A stretch of 63,841 bases of DNA, counting the filler, from a bacterium (lineage in GTDB: Bacteria > JALSQH01), in assembly GCA_026985515.1 (NCBI GenBank). It is 10 parts of 10 records of this genome, joined end to end, with 100 filler letters (N's around TTAATTAATTAA, not from the genome) between each part and the next. Parts side by side here need not be neighbours in the genome. Positions count along the whole stretch, not along the records: positions 22,185 to 30,792 come from JALSQH010000191.1; positions 30,893 to 39,499 come from JALSQH010000192.1; 8 more parts are not named here. One strand, given 5' to 3'. A program made the position numbers and the translations under genes. The notes under the pieces are model-generated. The model was given only the letters and a program-made list of their open reading frames with translations. It ran no database searches and was not told where the DNA came from. This document shows, piece by piece, positions 22,290 through 32,944 of the stretch (the first letter of the stretch is position 1; each line of letters opens with the position of its first letter).

Positions 22290-23332
22290 AGGATAAAGGA
22301 GCGGCTCTTTTAATTACGGTTATGCTGATTGCTGCCATGACATACCTGATCACTGAGCTCACCTATACTTCAAGAGTAAACATCTCTTCCACACAAAATT
22401 TTGTGAATAGAATGAAGGCCTATTACCTTGCGAGGAGTGGGGTAGAAGCGGCAAAACTTCTTTTATCCTATGATCTTGAACAGGACAGGGAGAATCATAA
22501 AAGATTAGATTACATTGCAAAGTGGGAAGAGAATCCCCTCAATCAGCAGAGCTTTGATGAAGTGTGGTCTTACTTTGCAACTGATCGACCTCCCATTCCT
22601 TTGAGAGATTTTGGGGCGGTTTCGCTGAAGATAGAGGATGAGGAATCAAAGATAAATCTGAACGCTATTAATCGGGGGAAAGCGTCGGAGAAAGGTTTGC
22701 GTGACCCCGAGATAAGGAGATTCGTATCTTATCTGGAAAAACTTGGCGTTGATCCTGATGTTGCAGAATCCTTTGTTTTCCCCTTGATTGACTGGATTGA
22801 TTACAACGATGATCCTCTTCCAGATGGTGCGGAGTCTGCCTATTATCTTACACTGAGCCCTCCCTATGAGGCGAGAAACAGTATGTTACCCCATTTTTCA
22901 GATCTTTTTATGATAAAGAATTCCACAATTGAACTCATGAAAAAAATTGCTCCCTATGTGACTGTTTATCCAAAGGAAAAGACGAAAAATTTCTTCCTCA
23001 ATGTCAACACAGCACCTGCAAAAGTCCTTATGTATCTCAGTCCCGATATTGATGAAGAAATGGCTGATGAAATAGTTCAGGCAAGGGAGGAGGGTCCTTT
23101 TGAAACAATGGCTGATTTTAAAGATGTCCTTGCTGATGTGGGTCTGACTGAAGATGAGATCAGAGATATTATCACCTTCAGCAGCAAGTATAATCTAAGA
23201 GTGAGACTCTACAGTGATACTTTTTCTGTCAGATCAACTGGCTTTTTCTCAGATTCTTCAGTAACAATTGATACGGTCCTCAGAAGAAGGGGAAACAACA
23301 GATTTGATGTCTACTACTGGTCAATTCACTGA
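22286..23332 (+). CDS. gspK: Type II secretion minor pseudopilin GspK
   Basis: Prepilin cleavage site KG|AALLITV, AYYLARSG, IEDEESKINLN, DWIDYNDD...GAESAYY, NVNTAP. Confidence 0.92.
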   Translation: MKDKGAALLITVMLIAAMTYLITELTYTSRVNISSTQNFVNRMKAYYLARSGVEAAKLLLSYDLEQDRENHKRLDYIAKWEENPLNQQSFDEVWSYFATDRPPIPLRDFGAVSLKIEDEESKINLNAINRGKASEKGLRDPEIRRFVSYLEKLGVDPDVAESFVFPLIDWIDYNDDPLPDGAESAYYLTLSPPYEARNSMLPHFSDLFMIKNSTIELMKKIAPYVTVYPKEKTKNFFLNVNTAPAKVLMYLSPDIDEEMADEIVQAREEGPFETMADFKDVLADVGLTEDEIRDIITFSSKYNLRVRLYSDTFSVRSTGFFSDSSVTIDTVLRRRGNNRFDVYYWSIH

Positions 23333-24060
23333 TTTATGATTTCAATCATTTCAAGAGCATTTCTTGGGGCATAGGCATTGGTATCGTTGTTGAAGTAGAT
23401 GTAGAGTTGCTGAAAATTTTTTTCTCTCACCTGATTCCACCACCATTTTAATTCCTCTTTCGAATAGAGATGATTGTACCAGGCGTTTTTTCCATGGAAT
23501 CTGATGTAGATAAGAGAAGATGTCTGAACGAGCTGATCCTCAAAATCAGGAGCACTGATGCTGCAGAATGTAATGTTGTTTTTTTCAAAAGCTTCAAAAA
23601 CTTCTTCTCTCCACCATGAATTGTGTCTGAATTCAACCACATTCCTGCGTGATGGGTCAAGATTTTCGACTATTCTGTGAAGGTTTTCTTCACTGTACTT
23701 GAAGGATGGTGGCATCTGAAACAGAAAAACCCCCACTTTTTCCTTCAAAGTTTCATCAACTATATCGTAAAACTCCTTCAGTCTATCTTTAATGTTTTTC
23801 AACCTGTGAAGATGGGTGATTTCTCTGTTTACTTTCACGGCAAATTTAAAATTTTCAGGTGAATCCCTGTACCATTTTCTGAGACTGTTTCTGGTGGGAA
23901 ATCTGTAAAAGGTGGAGTTAATTTCCACTGTGTTGAAGTACTTCGCATAGAATTTGAACCACTGGGAAGGTTTCATATCTTCTGGATAAAATTTCCCTTT
24001 CCAGCTCCAGTAAAAGTAACCTGAACAACCCACAAATATGTTCTTTTTTTCACTCATCAC
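23326..24060 (-). CDS. DUF72 (YecE) family protein
   Basis: VGCSG...W...FYP, VEINSTFYR, FQMPPSF, EFRHNSW, YIRFHG, YFNND. Confidence 0.94.
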   Translation of the reverse strand: MMSEKKNIFVGCSGYFYWSWKGKFYPEDMKPSQWFKFYAKYFNTVEINSTFYRFPTRNSLRKWYRDSPENFKFAVKVNREITHLHRLKNIKDRLKEFYDIVDETLKEKVGVFLFQMPPSFKYSEENLHRIVENLDPSRRNVVEFRHNSWWREEVFEAFEKNNITFCSISAPDFEDQLVQTSSLIYIRFHGKNAWYNHLYSKEELKWWWNQVREKNFQQLYIYFNNDTNAYAPRNALEMIEIINQ

Positions 24061-24157
24061 TTATGATTTTAATCATTTATGCGTGGCTTATCAAGAACAG
24101 CGGTAGTTTTAAAATCAGTTTGTGGTATAATTTATTTAACCCCTCAGGGAGGAGAAA

Positions 24158-25093
24158 ATGCTTCTATACTTAAGGTACAGGAGAGGCCAGAAGTGGGTCA
24201 GGGAAAGACTCAATGAAATCCCTGAAATAAAGATTGATCCAGATTTTCTTGGAGAAGTTGAGAGTGTCAAAATAACTTTTCTTGTGGATTACTATCCTGT
24301 TGATGAGAGATTTAAAGGGGAACCCGGAGTTTCCTACCATGTGAATGCTGATGGATACAGGGTCTTGTTTGATACAGGTTTTAATGCCAGTAATGAGGAA
24401 CCTTCACCTCTGTTGCACAATGCCAGTTTGCTGAATATAAAATTACCTGAGGAAATTGACGCAGTTGTAATTTCACACATGCACCTTGATCACATAGGAG
24501 GAATGAGAAATCAAATCAGAAGAACTTTCTCTCTTTCCAGAAAGGATCTCGATTTAACGGGAAAAATTGCCTTTGTGCCTGTAAAGATGAGCCATCCCAC
24601 TGCTGATGTGGTTGTGAATTCAACACCCACCATCATATCAAAGGGTGTCCTGGTAACAGAACCCCTTCCCTCCATGCTCTATTTTATGGGTAAAACACTG
24701 GAACAGGCTCTGGTTATAAATCTGAAGGGCAGGGGTCTTGTGGTTATTGTTGGATGTGGACATCAGAAGGTTCAGAATCTGGTCAATTATCTTGAAAAAC
24801 TGGTTCCCGTAAAAATTTATGCTGTTATTGGTGGTGTGCATCTTCCTGTAACCCAGAGCAGAGAGACAAGGTTTGGTCTTCCGGTGCAGAAAATTCTCGG
24901 CACGGGTAAACCCCCGTGGAATTCACCTTCCAGAAAGGATGTTGAAGATCTGATTCAATTCCTGAAAGAAAAAGGTGTAAAAAAGGTAGGAATTTCAGCT
25001 CACGACTCCTGTGACTATACTCTGGGGAGGTTCAGGGAGGAATGGGGAAATGATTATATTGAAATTAAGGCTGGAAGTTCCGTGGAGCTATGA
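24158..25093 (+). CDS. MBL-fold metallohydrolase (COG1237-like)
   Basis: LFDTG, ISHMHLDHIGG (HxHxDH), VGCGH, GGVHL. Confidence 0.88.
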   Translation: MLLYLRYRRGQKWVRERLNEIPEIKIDPDFLGEVESVKITFLVDYYPVDERFKGEPGVSYHVNADGYRVLFDTGFNASNEEPSPLLHNASLLNIKLPEEIDAVVISHMHLDHIGGMRNQIRRTFSLSRKDLDLTGKIAFVPVKMSHPTADVVVNSTPTIISKGVLVTEPLPSMLYFMGKTLEQALVINLKGRGLVVIVGCGHQKVQNLVNYLEKLVPVKIYAVIGGVHLPVTQSRETRFGLPVQKILGTGKPPWNSPSRKDVEDLIQFLKEKGVKKVGISAHDSCDYTLGRFREEWGNDYIEIKAGSSVEL

Positions 25094-25935
25094 GAAAAGT
25101 TGTACTCTTTCTGCTATTCCTTCCCCTTGTGCTGGATGGGTATGAAAACTGGTCATCTTTTCTGAAGGAGCTTTATTCTTCATCTGCCCCCTACAATTCC
25201 TGGGGCTTCGTGGGGGAGACGAGAGGCGGTTGTTTTTTCCTTGTTAACATTGTGTATCATGAGAAAGAGTCAGTTAATACAGTTCAGATCCTGACGCCTG
25301 GTGGAAAGATATTTGAGAGAACTACCAGGTCCTCTTCCCCCATTTTTGATCCTGAAAAATTTTATTACTCTGGAGGTGATATTGAAGTAAGGATAACCGG
25401 ATATGGCCTTGATTTTTCAGCAAAATCACCTGCAATAAAGTTTCAAGCGAAACCTGATCGTAAATTTATTTCCCCCTTCAGGTCCATCAGGGCAGGTCCT
25501 CTGACTCTTGATCTTCCCATGTGGAGATGGAGGTTTAGTGGCTGGATTGAACTTGATGGAATCAGATACAGAGTAAAGTGGGTGAGAGTGTATCATTTTG
25601 GTGGAAACAAAAGTTTTGCAGGGAAAATTTTTGTTAAGTCAACTCCCGGATATTCTATTTTCGGGATTGTGAGAAATGATGGAATTTTTCTCCTGCAGAA
25701 AGATGGTAAATTTTACATGGTGAGGGGTGCAATAGTAAAGAAAAACGGAGAAAAACTCAGTATCGTTGCAACTGAGGGAGAAAAGAAATTGTTTTTGAGC
25801 TTCTCAGAAGGGGGTTCACACGATTCAGAGAGTTGCAGGCCGCTTTCCGCTGTGAAATTCCAGTTTGTCATCCATCCTCCCTACTATTCAGTTCCAGGGA
25901 GAGGTCTTCTCACCTGTGTATCTGAAAGTGAATAA
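25090..25935 (+). CDS. Hypothetical secreted beta-rich protein
   Basis: 281-aa ORF with signal peptide, ATGA-coupled to the MBL gene; no family recognised with certainty. Confidence 0.6.
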   Translation: MRKVVLFLLFLPLVLDGYENWSSFLKELYSSSAPYNSWGFVGETRGGCFFLVNIVYHEKESVNTVQILTPGGKIFERTTRSSSPIFDPEKFYYSGGDIEVRITGYGLDFSAKSPAIKFQAKPDRKFISPFRSIRAGPLTLDLPMWRWRFSGWIELDGIRYRVKWVRVYHFGGNKSFAGKIFVKSTPGYSIFGIVRNDGIFLLQKDGKFYMVRGAIVKKNGEKLSIVATEGEKKLFLSFSEGGSHDSESCRPLSAVKFQFVIHPPYYSVPGRGLLTCVSESE

Positions 25936-26935
25936 ATTTTTCAGGATTTACAGGCTTTTCACCTTTTCTGATCTCAAAGTAAAGTGTTGAATCCTGCCCG
26001 TAATCTGCAACCACACCGATTATCTGCCCTCTCTCCACATAATCATCCTTTCTCACCACTGGCACTTCAAGGTGCCCGTAAACTGAAAAGTAATTTCCCG
26101 GGTGTCTTATAAGGACCACATAGTCGTAACCTTTCAATGGTCCTGCAAATTCCACAAAACCAGAATAAATGCTCTTTACCGGCGTTAAAGGTTTCGTTTT
26201 TATCTCCACTCCGGGTGAAAATAGTTCAATTTTGCTTTCCGGATCAAAGTAATATCCGAAGGGTTTTACCACATTTCCATTAACGGGAGATTCCAGTTGT
26301 TCTCCTTCTGAAAAAGGTTTTCCCGGAGTATTCTCATATGTAATCTGAAGTTCACCGATGCTTTTCCTTCTCATTTTCAGATATTCTTTTAGGGTTTTTT
26401 TGTTTGAAAAAATTTTCTTTATGAGGCTGAGCTTTTCTTCCCTCTCATTTTTGATTTTCTCCAGCGTTTCTTTTATCAGTGCAGTCACTTTTTCCACCTG
26501 CTTTAAATGCTTTTTTTTCTGAGCCCTTATCTTTTCCATTTCTCCCGTGAGATTATTGAGATTTCTGATTCTTGAACCAATTTCCGCAGCTATTTCACTT
26601 TCGTATGTAAAGACTTCTCTGATTTCAGGTGAAAAGGTGGAGAGGAGAAGGGATATGTCGCTGCTCGTGGAAGGGTCAAAATTTCCCAGTAACTTTATCT
26701 CATCTATAAATTTTTTCTTCTCTGCTTTTAGCCTGGTGTATTTGAGGGTGATTCTTTTAATCTCCTGATTCAGCTTTTTCTCCTCTTCTGAATAACTTTT
26801 TAACTTTTCAAGAAGGTTGAAATATTCATTTTCCAGTTTGAGGTACTCCTGGAGGGGATCGGAAGTGGCACCGTACAGGAAAAGGGAAGTGATCAGGGTC
26901 AGAATTGATAAAATTACTTTACCCTGTTTCATCAT
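25910..26935 (-). CDS. envC: Murein hydrolase activator EnvC-like (coiled coil + degenerate M23/LytM)
   Basis: Long coiled coil; LytM-like VYGHL...LYFEIR...VNP with HxxxD replaced by SPGVE; follows ftsEX. Confidence 0.85.
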   Translation of the reverse strand: MMKQGKVILSILTLITSLFLYGATSDPLQEYLKLENEYFNLLEKLKSYSEEEKKLNQEIKRITLKYTRLKAEKKKFIDEIKLLGNFDPSTSSDISLLLSTFSPEIREVFTYESEIAAEIGSRIRNLNNLTGEMEKIRAQKKKHLKQVEKVTALIKETLEKIKNEREEKLSLIKKIFSNKKTLKEYLKMRRKSIGELQITYENTPGKPFSEGEQLESPVNGNVVKPFGYYFDPESKIELFSPGVEIKTKPLTPVKSIYSGFVEFAGPLKGYDYVVLIRHPGNYFSVYGHLEVPVVRKDDYVERGQIIGVVADYGQDSTLYFEIRKGEKPVNPEKFIHFQIHR

Positions 26936-27734
26936 GTCTCCGTGAAACTATACTCAGAAATGAACTTATCACTCCTGTAGCAATACCCAGGAGAATGGTT
27001 GTACCCATAGTGGCGAAATCGGGGGAAATGAGATTTGCCGGATACTTCTGCCATGCCGCTTTCATCAGTATGAAAAACACCACTGCAAGCAATCCGCTGC
27101 CCGTACCAATGAATATGCCTTCCAGAAAAAGCGGAACCGAAATGAAAATTGAGTCAGCTCCCAGCAGTTTCAGTATCTCAATTTCTTCATGGTGAGATAT
27201 AAAGGAAAGCTGGATCGTGAAAATTGTTATGACTATTATTCCACCTATGAGGGTTATGGAAAATATGATTAGAAATGTACGGATCATTCCTGCCATTTTT
27301 CTGATCTTTGATTCTCCGGGAGCCACACTGCTTATTTTTTCAATGTACTTCTGCAACTCCGCTGGAAAAACCCTTTTTCCTATCCCACCATCCGCAACAA
27401 TGGTTAACGGTACAATTTTAAGCAGTTCCTCTGGAATCTTTTCCCCATAAAGATATCTGAGCTTGTATTCAGGAGTGATTATTCGGTAGATTTTAATATT
27501 TCTCTCTTTGAGGATTTCTGTCATTTTTTTCAGTTCAGTTTTGGATATCTTACCTTTCACAAAAATGTAACTTCTATTCCTTTCCGGATAGTGTGTAGTG
27601 TTCTTAAGTATCTGGAAAGTTATGGCGAAGATAAGAAGCGAGAATCCTCCTATTACAATCGTTATCATCACTCTGAAGGTATCTTTTCTGATGTATGACA
27701 GAAAGGTGCCAATCCAGTATTTTGCTTTATTCAC
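26919..27734 (-). CDS. ftsX: Cell division permease FtsX
   Basis: EIEILKLLGA...FI..P..LEG motif; TM-ECD-3TM layout; follows ftsE. Confidence 0.85.
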   Translation of the reverse strand: MNKAKYWIGTFLSYIRKDTFRVMITIVIGGFSLLIFAITFQILKNTTHYPERNRSYIFVKGKISKTELKKMTEILKERNIKIYRIITPEYKLRYLYGEKIPEELLKIVPLTIVADGGIGKRVFPAELQKYIEKISSVAPGESKIRKMAGMIRTFLIIFSITLIGGIIVITIFTIQLSFISHHEEIEILKLLGADSIFISVPLFLEGIFIGTGSGLLAVVFFILMKAAWQKYPANLISPDFATMGTTILLGIATGVISSFLSIVSRRHDETG

Positions 27735-28377
27735 TTACGATTTCTCCATGATCTATTTTGATTATTCTGGCTGGAAAAAGTGACAGGATCTCGGTGCTGT
27801 GGGTTGCTAGTACCACTGTTACACCCTTGAGATTTATCTCCTTGAGAAGGTAGATTATTTCTATTGCCATTTCTTCATCAAGATTTCCAGTTGGCTCATC
27901 AGCGAGGAGAATGTAAGGATCATTCGCTATTGCTCTGGCAATGGCTACTCTCTGTTGTTCTCCACCTGAAAGTTCATCTGGATATGCCCATCTTTTTGAA
28001 AATAAGCCCACGAAGTTGAGAAGATAATTAACCCTCGATTCGATTTTTTCCTTTTTAACCCCTGCAATAAGCAAAGGAATGGCAACATTCTCATATATGG
28101 TTCGGTGCTTGAGAAGCTTGAAGTCCTGGAAAACGATCCCGATTTCCCTTCTCAACTTTGCAGGATTATCAATTCCAGTTATATCATTTCCCCTGACAAA
28201 AATTTTGCCATCTGTGGGTCTTGTTCCCCGGTAGATGAGAGACATCAGAGTGCTTTTACCTGCTCCACTGGGACCGGTTATGTAGACGAATTCTCCTTTC
28301 CTGATCTTTAAAGTAACATCCTTCAGAGCATAAATTCCCGGCGGGTAAATTTTGGTAACATGAAAAAATTCAATCAT
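27727..28377 (-). CDS. ftsE: Cell division ATP-binding protein FtsE
   Basis: GPSGAGKST, VFQDFKLL, LSGGEQQRVAIARA, LADEPTGNLD. Confidence 0.95.
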   Translation of the reverse strand: MIEFFHVTKIYPPGIYALKDVTLKIRKGEFVYITGPSGAGKSTLMSLIYRGTRPTDGKIFVRGNDITGIDNPAKLRREIGIVFQDFKLLKHRTIYENVAIPLLIAGVKKEKIESRVNYLLNFVGLFSKRWAYPDELSGGEQQRVAIARAIANDPYILLADEPTGNLDEEMAIEIIYLLKEINLKGVTVVLATHSTEILSLFPARIIKIDHGEIVSE

Positions 28378-29311
28378 TAATTCTGGAAAGAAAAGATTCT
28401 ACTTCTCTGGCAATGGATTCTGTGTCGAGTTTGAAGTATCTGACGAGTTCCTCTGCTTTTCCCGAGATTCCAAATCTATCTCTTATGCCTATGATTTTTA
28501 CAGGTACAGGTTTTGTTTCCCCGATAACTTCTGAAACGGCGCTTCCCAGTCCACCATAGATGCTGTGCTCCTCAACTGTTACAATTTTCCCTGTTCTTTC
28601 GGCAACTTCTTCAATGAGCTCTCTGTCAATGGGTTTTATTGAAGACATATTTACAACAAGCGCTGAGATACCCTTCTTTTCAAGAATCTCTGCTGCTTTT
28701 AATGATTCGTAAACTTCAATGCCTGTGGCTATTATGGCCACATCTTTCCCTTCTCTAACAATTTTCCCCTTCCCGGGGGTAAATTCGTAGGAATTGTCAA
28801 AGATTACAGGAACTTTGCTTCTTCCGGTCCTCACATAGCAGGGACCATCTATCTCCATGATTTTCTTTATTATTTTCTTCGTTTCAACAGCATCGGCAGG
28901 AACGAAAACATACATGTTTGGTATGACCCTCATCAGAGCTATATCTTCAATTGATTGATGCGATCCGCCATCCTCACCAACGGTGATTCCGGCGTGACTG
29001 GCAACGATTTTTACATTTATGTTTGAGTATGCAATTGATTGCCTGATGGGTTCCCAGGCCCTTCCGGTGGCGAAGATTGCAAAGGTGCTTACATATGGAA
29101 TAAAGCCTGCAAGGGCAAATCCTGCTGCAGTAACCATCATATTCTGTTCAGCTACCCCCATATTGAAGAATCTTTCAGGAAATTTTCTGGCAAATTTTGA
29201 TGTTCTTGTGGAGCCGGATAAATCAGCATCCAGGACCACTATGTTGCTGTATTTTTCGCCCAGTTCAACGAGCGCTTCTCCGTAAGCATCTCTTGTGGCA
29301 ACCCTATCCAT
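28370..29311 (-). CDS. Transketolase C-terminal subunit
   Basis: [32 protein letters not shown]. Confidence 0.95.
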   Translation of the reverse strand: MDRVATRDAYGEALVELGEKYSNIVVLDADLSGSTRTSKFARKFPERFFNMGVAEQNMMVTAAGFALAGFIPYVSTFAIFATGRAWEPIRQSIAYSNINVKIVASHAGITVGEDGGSHQSIEDIALMRVIPNMYVFVPADAVETKKIIKKIMEIDGPCYVRTGRSKVPVIFDNSYEFTPGKGKIVREGKDVAIIATGIEVYESLKAAEILEKKGISALVVNMSSIKPIDRELIEEVAERTGKIVTVEEHSIYGGLGSAVSEVIGETKPVPVKIIGIRDRFGISGKAEELVRYFKLDTESIAREVESFLSRIND

Positions 29312-30182
29312 ATTTTCTGAGCTCCTCTTCCTGCTGTTTCAGTTCTTCCATGGCTATTCTGTACTCTTCTTCATTTGGTGCAACACCATGATATTTAACT
29401 TTGTTCTCAAATATGGAGACCCCTTTTCCTTTAACAGTTTTTGCCACAATAAATGTTGGTTTTCCTTTTGTTTTTTCTGCAATTTTAAGAGCTGAGAGGA
29501 TGGATTCAAAGTCGTGACCATCTATTGTTAATACATTCCATCCAAAGGCTCTGAGCTTGTCTTCAATTGGGTAAATTGACATTATATCACTTACTTTTCC
29601 GTCAATCTGAAGGTTGTTATTATCCAGTATGGCACATAGATTATCCAGTCTGTAATGACCCGACGCCATTGCCGCTTCCCACACCATTCCTTCCTGCATT
29701 TCACCATCTCCCAGAATTACATAGACTCTTGAGCTGCTCTTTTTCAGTTTTAATCCCAGTGCCAGTCCATTTGCTATTCCGAGACCCTGTCCCAGCGACC
29801 CTGTTGAAATTTCGACCCCCGGTGTTGCCTTGGAATCGGGGTGCCCCTGAAGGTGAGAACCAAGTTTTCTCAATGTCCAGAGGTCTTCTTCACTGAAAAA
29901 ACCCGCCTCTGAAAGCACAGCGTAGAGGGCAGGGGCAGCATGACCTTTGCTGAGTATCAGTCTGTCTCTCTCTTCCCATTGAGGATTTCGGGGATCATAC
30001 TTCATAACTTTGAAGTAGAGGGAAACCAGAATTTCCACAATTGATAGAGAACCCCCGGTGTGACCGCTGCCCGCAAGATAGAGCATTTTCACGATTTTTT
30101 TTCTGATTGTTATTGCTTTTTGCTTTAAATTAATCAATTCCTGTCTGGAAATATCGACGGGGAGGGGATTTTCGATTTCCAT
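29304..30182 (-). CDS. Transketolase N-terminal subunit
   Basis: [33 protein letters not shown] (ThDP motif). Confidence 0.95.
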   Translation of the reverse strand: MEIENPLPVDISRQELINLKQKAITIRKKIVKMLYLAGSGHTGGSLSIVEILVSLYFKVMKYDPRNPQWEERDRLILSKGHAAPALYAVLSEAGFFSEEDLWTLRKLGSHLQGHPDSKATPGVEISTGSLGQGLGIANGLALGLKLKKSSSRVYVILGDGEMQEGMVWEAAMASGHYRLDNLCAILDNNNLQIDGKVSDIMSIYPIEDKLRAFGWNVLTIDGHDFESILSALKIAEKTKGKPTFIVAKTVKGKGVSIFENKVKYHGVAPNEEEYRIAMEELKQQEEELRKYG

Positions 30183-30185
30183 TGA

Positions 30186-30545
30186 TTACTCCTTGATTGT
30201 GGTCCCAATATAATCGAGGATGACTTCGTTGATGTCCTCCCCTTCCTCCTCCATCTCCTCTCCTATTGTCTTCTCTTCCTTTGTTTCCTGTGCATCAGGA
30301 TCAAACTTGCCATTTTTCAGATCGCGCAACATCTCTGAATGCTGTTCCTCCATCAGCTCCCTGACTATTTCTTCAAGATTTTCTTCGTTAAGAATGCTTG
30401 AGTAGTCGATCTTTTTGGTGGCTATTATGTTCCCCCCCAGAAAGAGGTGAGTAATAATAACGGGTCTCCTTGGACCGCTGTCCTCTGTTTGAATATGATA
30501 CATTTTTCCTTTGTAAACTACGTTGTGATTGAATCCAGGGATCAT
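30186..30545 (-). CDS. Conserved hypothetical protein with acidic tail
   Basis: GFNHNV.YKG..YHIQTEDSG...THLF.GG motif that I recall from uncharacterised deltaproteobacterial proteins; SD AGGAGGTG. Confidence 0.75.
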   Translation of the reverse strand: MIPGFNHNVVYKGKMYHIQTEDSGPRRPVIITHLFLGGNIIATKKIDYSSILNEENLEEIVRELMEEQHSEMLRDLKNGKFDPDAQETKEEKTIGEEMEEEGEDINEVILDYIGTTIKE

Positions 30546-30563
30546 TTTCTCACCTCCTGTGAT

Positions 30564-30592
30564 ATTTTAGCACCACAGGATTGAATATTCAA
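30564..30592 (-). promoter_or_regulatory. sigma70 promoter of the hypothetical-transketolase-ftsEX-envC operon
   Basis: Minus-strand TTGAAT-17 nt-TAAAAT with TG extension; -35 lies within the palindrome TTGAATATTCAA. Confidence 0.55.
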
Positions 30593-30892
30593 GAGTTCGC
30601 TTTAGCTCAAAAATAATCTTACCGAAAAAGGTGATGTTTACTCAGAAAAAGCCACATAATCAAATTGGCGGAGGCATCAGAAGAGGGAGAGTAGTTTTGC
30701 AATTGTAAGACAAAAAATCCATTCATAAATTTAGCATCTCACAGTTAGCGGATTTACCCTGCAATTTGACAGTAAACCCACTATTTGTTAAANNNNNNNN
30801 NNNNNNNNNNNNNNNNNNNNNNNNNNNNNNNNNNNNTTAATTAATTAANNNNNNNNNNNNNNNNNNNNNNNNNNNNNNNNNNNNNNNNNNNN

Positions 30893-31332
30893 GCTAAGAG
30901 GGAACCAAGTGAGGAAATGTGAAATAGCATTACCGTGACGATCCATATACCCAGTGATATGACGAGAGAAATGGGAGCAAGTACAAGCAGAATGCCTGCA
31001 CTTGTGGCAACCCCTTTTCCACCTTTGAAGCCCAGCCAGGGAGTGTAGCAGTGTCCAATGAAAGGTGAGAAGGAGAGGATAAGAGTGGCAGAAGGTGTGG
31101 TGAAATATTTGAACAGAGCAACAGGCAGGGCTCCTTTCAGCATGTCAAATATGAAAACCACAATGGCCCACTTCATACCAAGTACACGGTACACATTGGT
31201 GGCACCTATATTTCCACTTCCAAGTGTTCTTATGTCCATATTTTTCTTCCATTTAACGATAAGATAACCGGAGGGGATGGACCCTGAAAGATATCCGATC
31301 AGAGCCAGGGAGGCGTAGAGTATGATTTTCAT
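30893..31332 (-). CDS. plsY: Glycerol-3-phosphate acyltransferase PlsY, 3'-truncated
   Basis: YLSGSIP, DIR..GSGNIGATNV.R, GH...W..FKGGKGVAT. Confidence 0.96.
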
Positions 31333-32147
31333 CTGTGCCCCCTTCTTATGCTCGCAATTTCACTTCCTGCCACAAATCCGAGAATGGAGTAGTACAGCCA
31401 GATGAAGAAGGCGAAAAAGATCCACAATGATCCGTAAATAGTTTTTCCCTTCCAGGCGTAGAGGATGAAATATTTGTAAAGGAGTTTCATTATTTCAAGA
31501 AAGATGGTTGAGAGAAAGCTCCCATAAAGTAGAGAGTAAGTGGGGACTTTCCTTCCCAGCACAGATACATAGATGAAGAGCACAAAGATGAATGTGTCTA
31601 TGAGGTAAATCAATTCTCCCGTGGCAGGTACAGTCAGGAAAGAAAGGGGGAGATGTTTCACAGCAATTCTTATTGAGAGTGTCAGTGAATTGACCAGAAA
31701 AAAGAGAAGTATCAACACTGTAAATATGCCCACTGATGCTACTTCCTTGGCCTTGTAGAGAATTTTTGCCTCAGGTTCTTCCACTCCAAAAATCTCAAAC
31801 AGAATAACCCTGAAATTCAGAAACAATCTTGAAGCAGTCCAGAGGAGAACCACTATGCTTGCTGCTCCCAGTAACTTACTCCTTGCTACCAGGATTGTAA
31901 TATTTTTACGTACAAATGGTTCAATAAAGGGAACCTGCTCATGGACAAGCTCCAGTATCTGATTTACAAGATCCTTTCTTATGTCGAGAAAAATGCTACC
32001 CACTGAAAAAAGCAGGAAGGAGACGGGTATCAGAATGAAGATCACATTGAAACTCAGCGAAGAAGCGTATATGAAAAGTCTTTCAGAAAAAACAAGGTTG
32101 ACAAGCCATATAACCTTTTTCACAGCTCTTTTCAACGATTCCTTCAT
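31329..32147 (-). CDS. YihY/virulence factor BrkB family membrane protein
   Basis: ASSLSF...IP and YGSL......IWLYY......G.E motifs; ~6 TM helices. Confidence 0.85.
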   Translation of the reverse strand: MKESLKRAVKKVIWLVNLVFSERLFIYASSLSFNVIFILIPVSFLLFSVGSIFLDIRKDLVNQILELVHEQVPFIEPFVRKNITILVARSKLLGAASIVVLLWTASRLFLNFRVILFEIFGVEEPEAKILYKAKEVASVGIFTVLILLFFLVNSLTLSIRIAVKHLPLSFLTVPATGELIYLIDTFIFVLFIYVSVLGRKVPTYSLLYGSFLSTIFLEIMKLLYKYFILYAWKGKTIYGSLWIFFAFFIWLYYSILGFVAGSEIASIRRGHR

Positions 32148-32149
32148 TG

Positions 32150-32881
32150 CTACCTGATATACATGCTTCCGTAAAATATGAGCGAGAGAGTAACGTTGGC
32201 GATCAGGATCCAGATTATAATGTAGACTATGGCCCTTCTTGTGGCATTTCCAATCCCTTCTGGACCCTCTTCTGCATTTAATCCTGTGTAGCTTGAAATG
32301 ATCCCTATTATCAACCCGAAGAAGACACCTTTAATCACTCCATTGAATAGGTCCGTAATGCTCGAGTAATCAATGAAATTCTTGTAGAAAGTGCCTGTGC
32401 TGCCGTGAAGCTGAAAAACATAGGTGATCAGTGATGTTGCAATTATGGTGAAATCGGAGATGACAACCATGAGGGGAGTTACTATGATTCCAGCCCAGAT
32501 AGCCGGTCCCACAACATAGAAGTAGGGATTTACTCCCAGCGACTCAAGGGCCCTTATCTGGCCTGAATCTTTCATGTAGGCAATCATTGAGGTCAGCATT
32601 GCACCCCCTTTACCAGCGACAACTGCTCCCGCCAGAACCGGTCCCAGTTCTCTCAGCGCCGCATAGGTGATAAATATGCCGACGGTATAGGTCCCACCAA
32701 TCTTATTGAATGTATCATAAAACTCGATGGCAGAGGTCATTCCTGCAAATGCTGCTACAATCAGTAAAACAGGCAGACTGAGTACCCCCAGATAGTACAT
32801 ATCTTCAACAATAATCTCTGTGGGGGGCGTTGTGAGAATCTTCAGCCACCTTTTTAAAAACCCTATTAAACTCATCCACAT
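32150..32881 (-). CDS. MlaE-family ABC permease (start probably ATG 32881 or 32875)
   Basis: LRELGPVL, QIRALESLGVNP, K...FG, GPEGIGNAT.RAIV. Confidence 0.88.
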   Translation of the reverse strand: MWMSLIGFLKRWLKILTTPPTEIIVEDMYYLGVLSLPVLLIVAAFAGMTSAIEFYDTFNKIGGTYTVGIFITYAALRELGPVLAGAVVAGKGGAMLTSMIAYMKDSGQIRALESLGVNPYFYVVGPAIWAGIIVTPLMVVISDFTIIATSLITYVFQLHGSTGTFYKNFIDYSSITDLFNGVIKGVFFGLIIGIISSYTGLNAEEGPEGIGNATRRAIVYIIIWILIANVTLSLIFYGSMYIR

Positions 32882-32944
32882 AATTTTAGCAATCTTTGAA
32901 AAAAAAATCACAGGATTTATAATTACTATCAAAAGGAGAAATTT

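Noticed and set aside
22286..23332. gspK not followed by gspL/gspM as a novel T2SS variant
   Set aside because: The contig holds only the operon end; split gsp clusters are common and the rest cannot be seen
25910..26935. envC as a decayed peptidase pseudogene
   Set aside because: Loss of LytM zinc ligands is the normal state of EnvC activators; the ORF is intact
30640..30792. Riboswitch or ncRNA (e.g. c-di-GMP-I) in the contig-end spacer
   Set aside because: Only an imperfect hairpin near 30750-30780; conserved riboswitch motifs are missing; an Rfam/Infernal search would settle it
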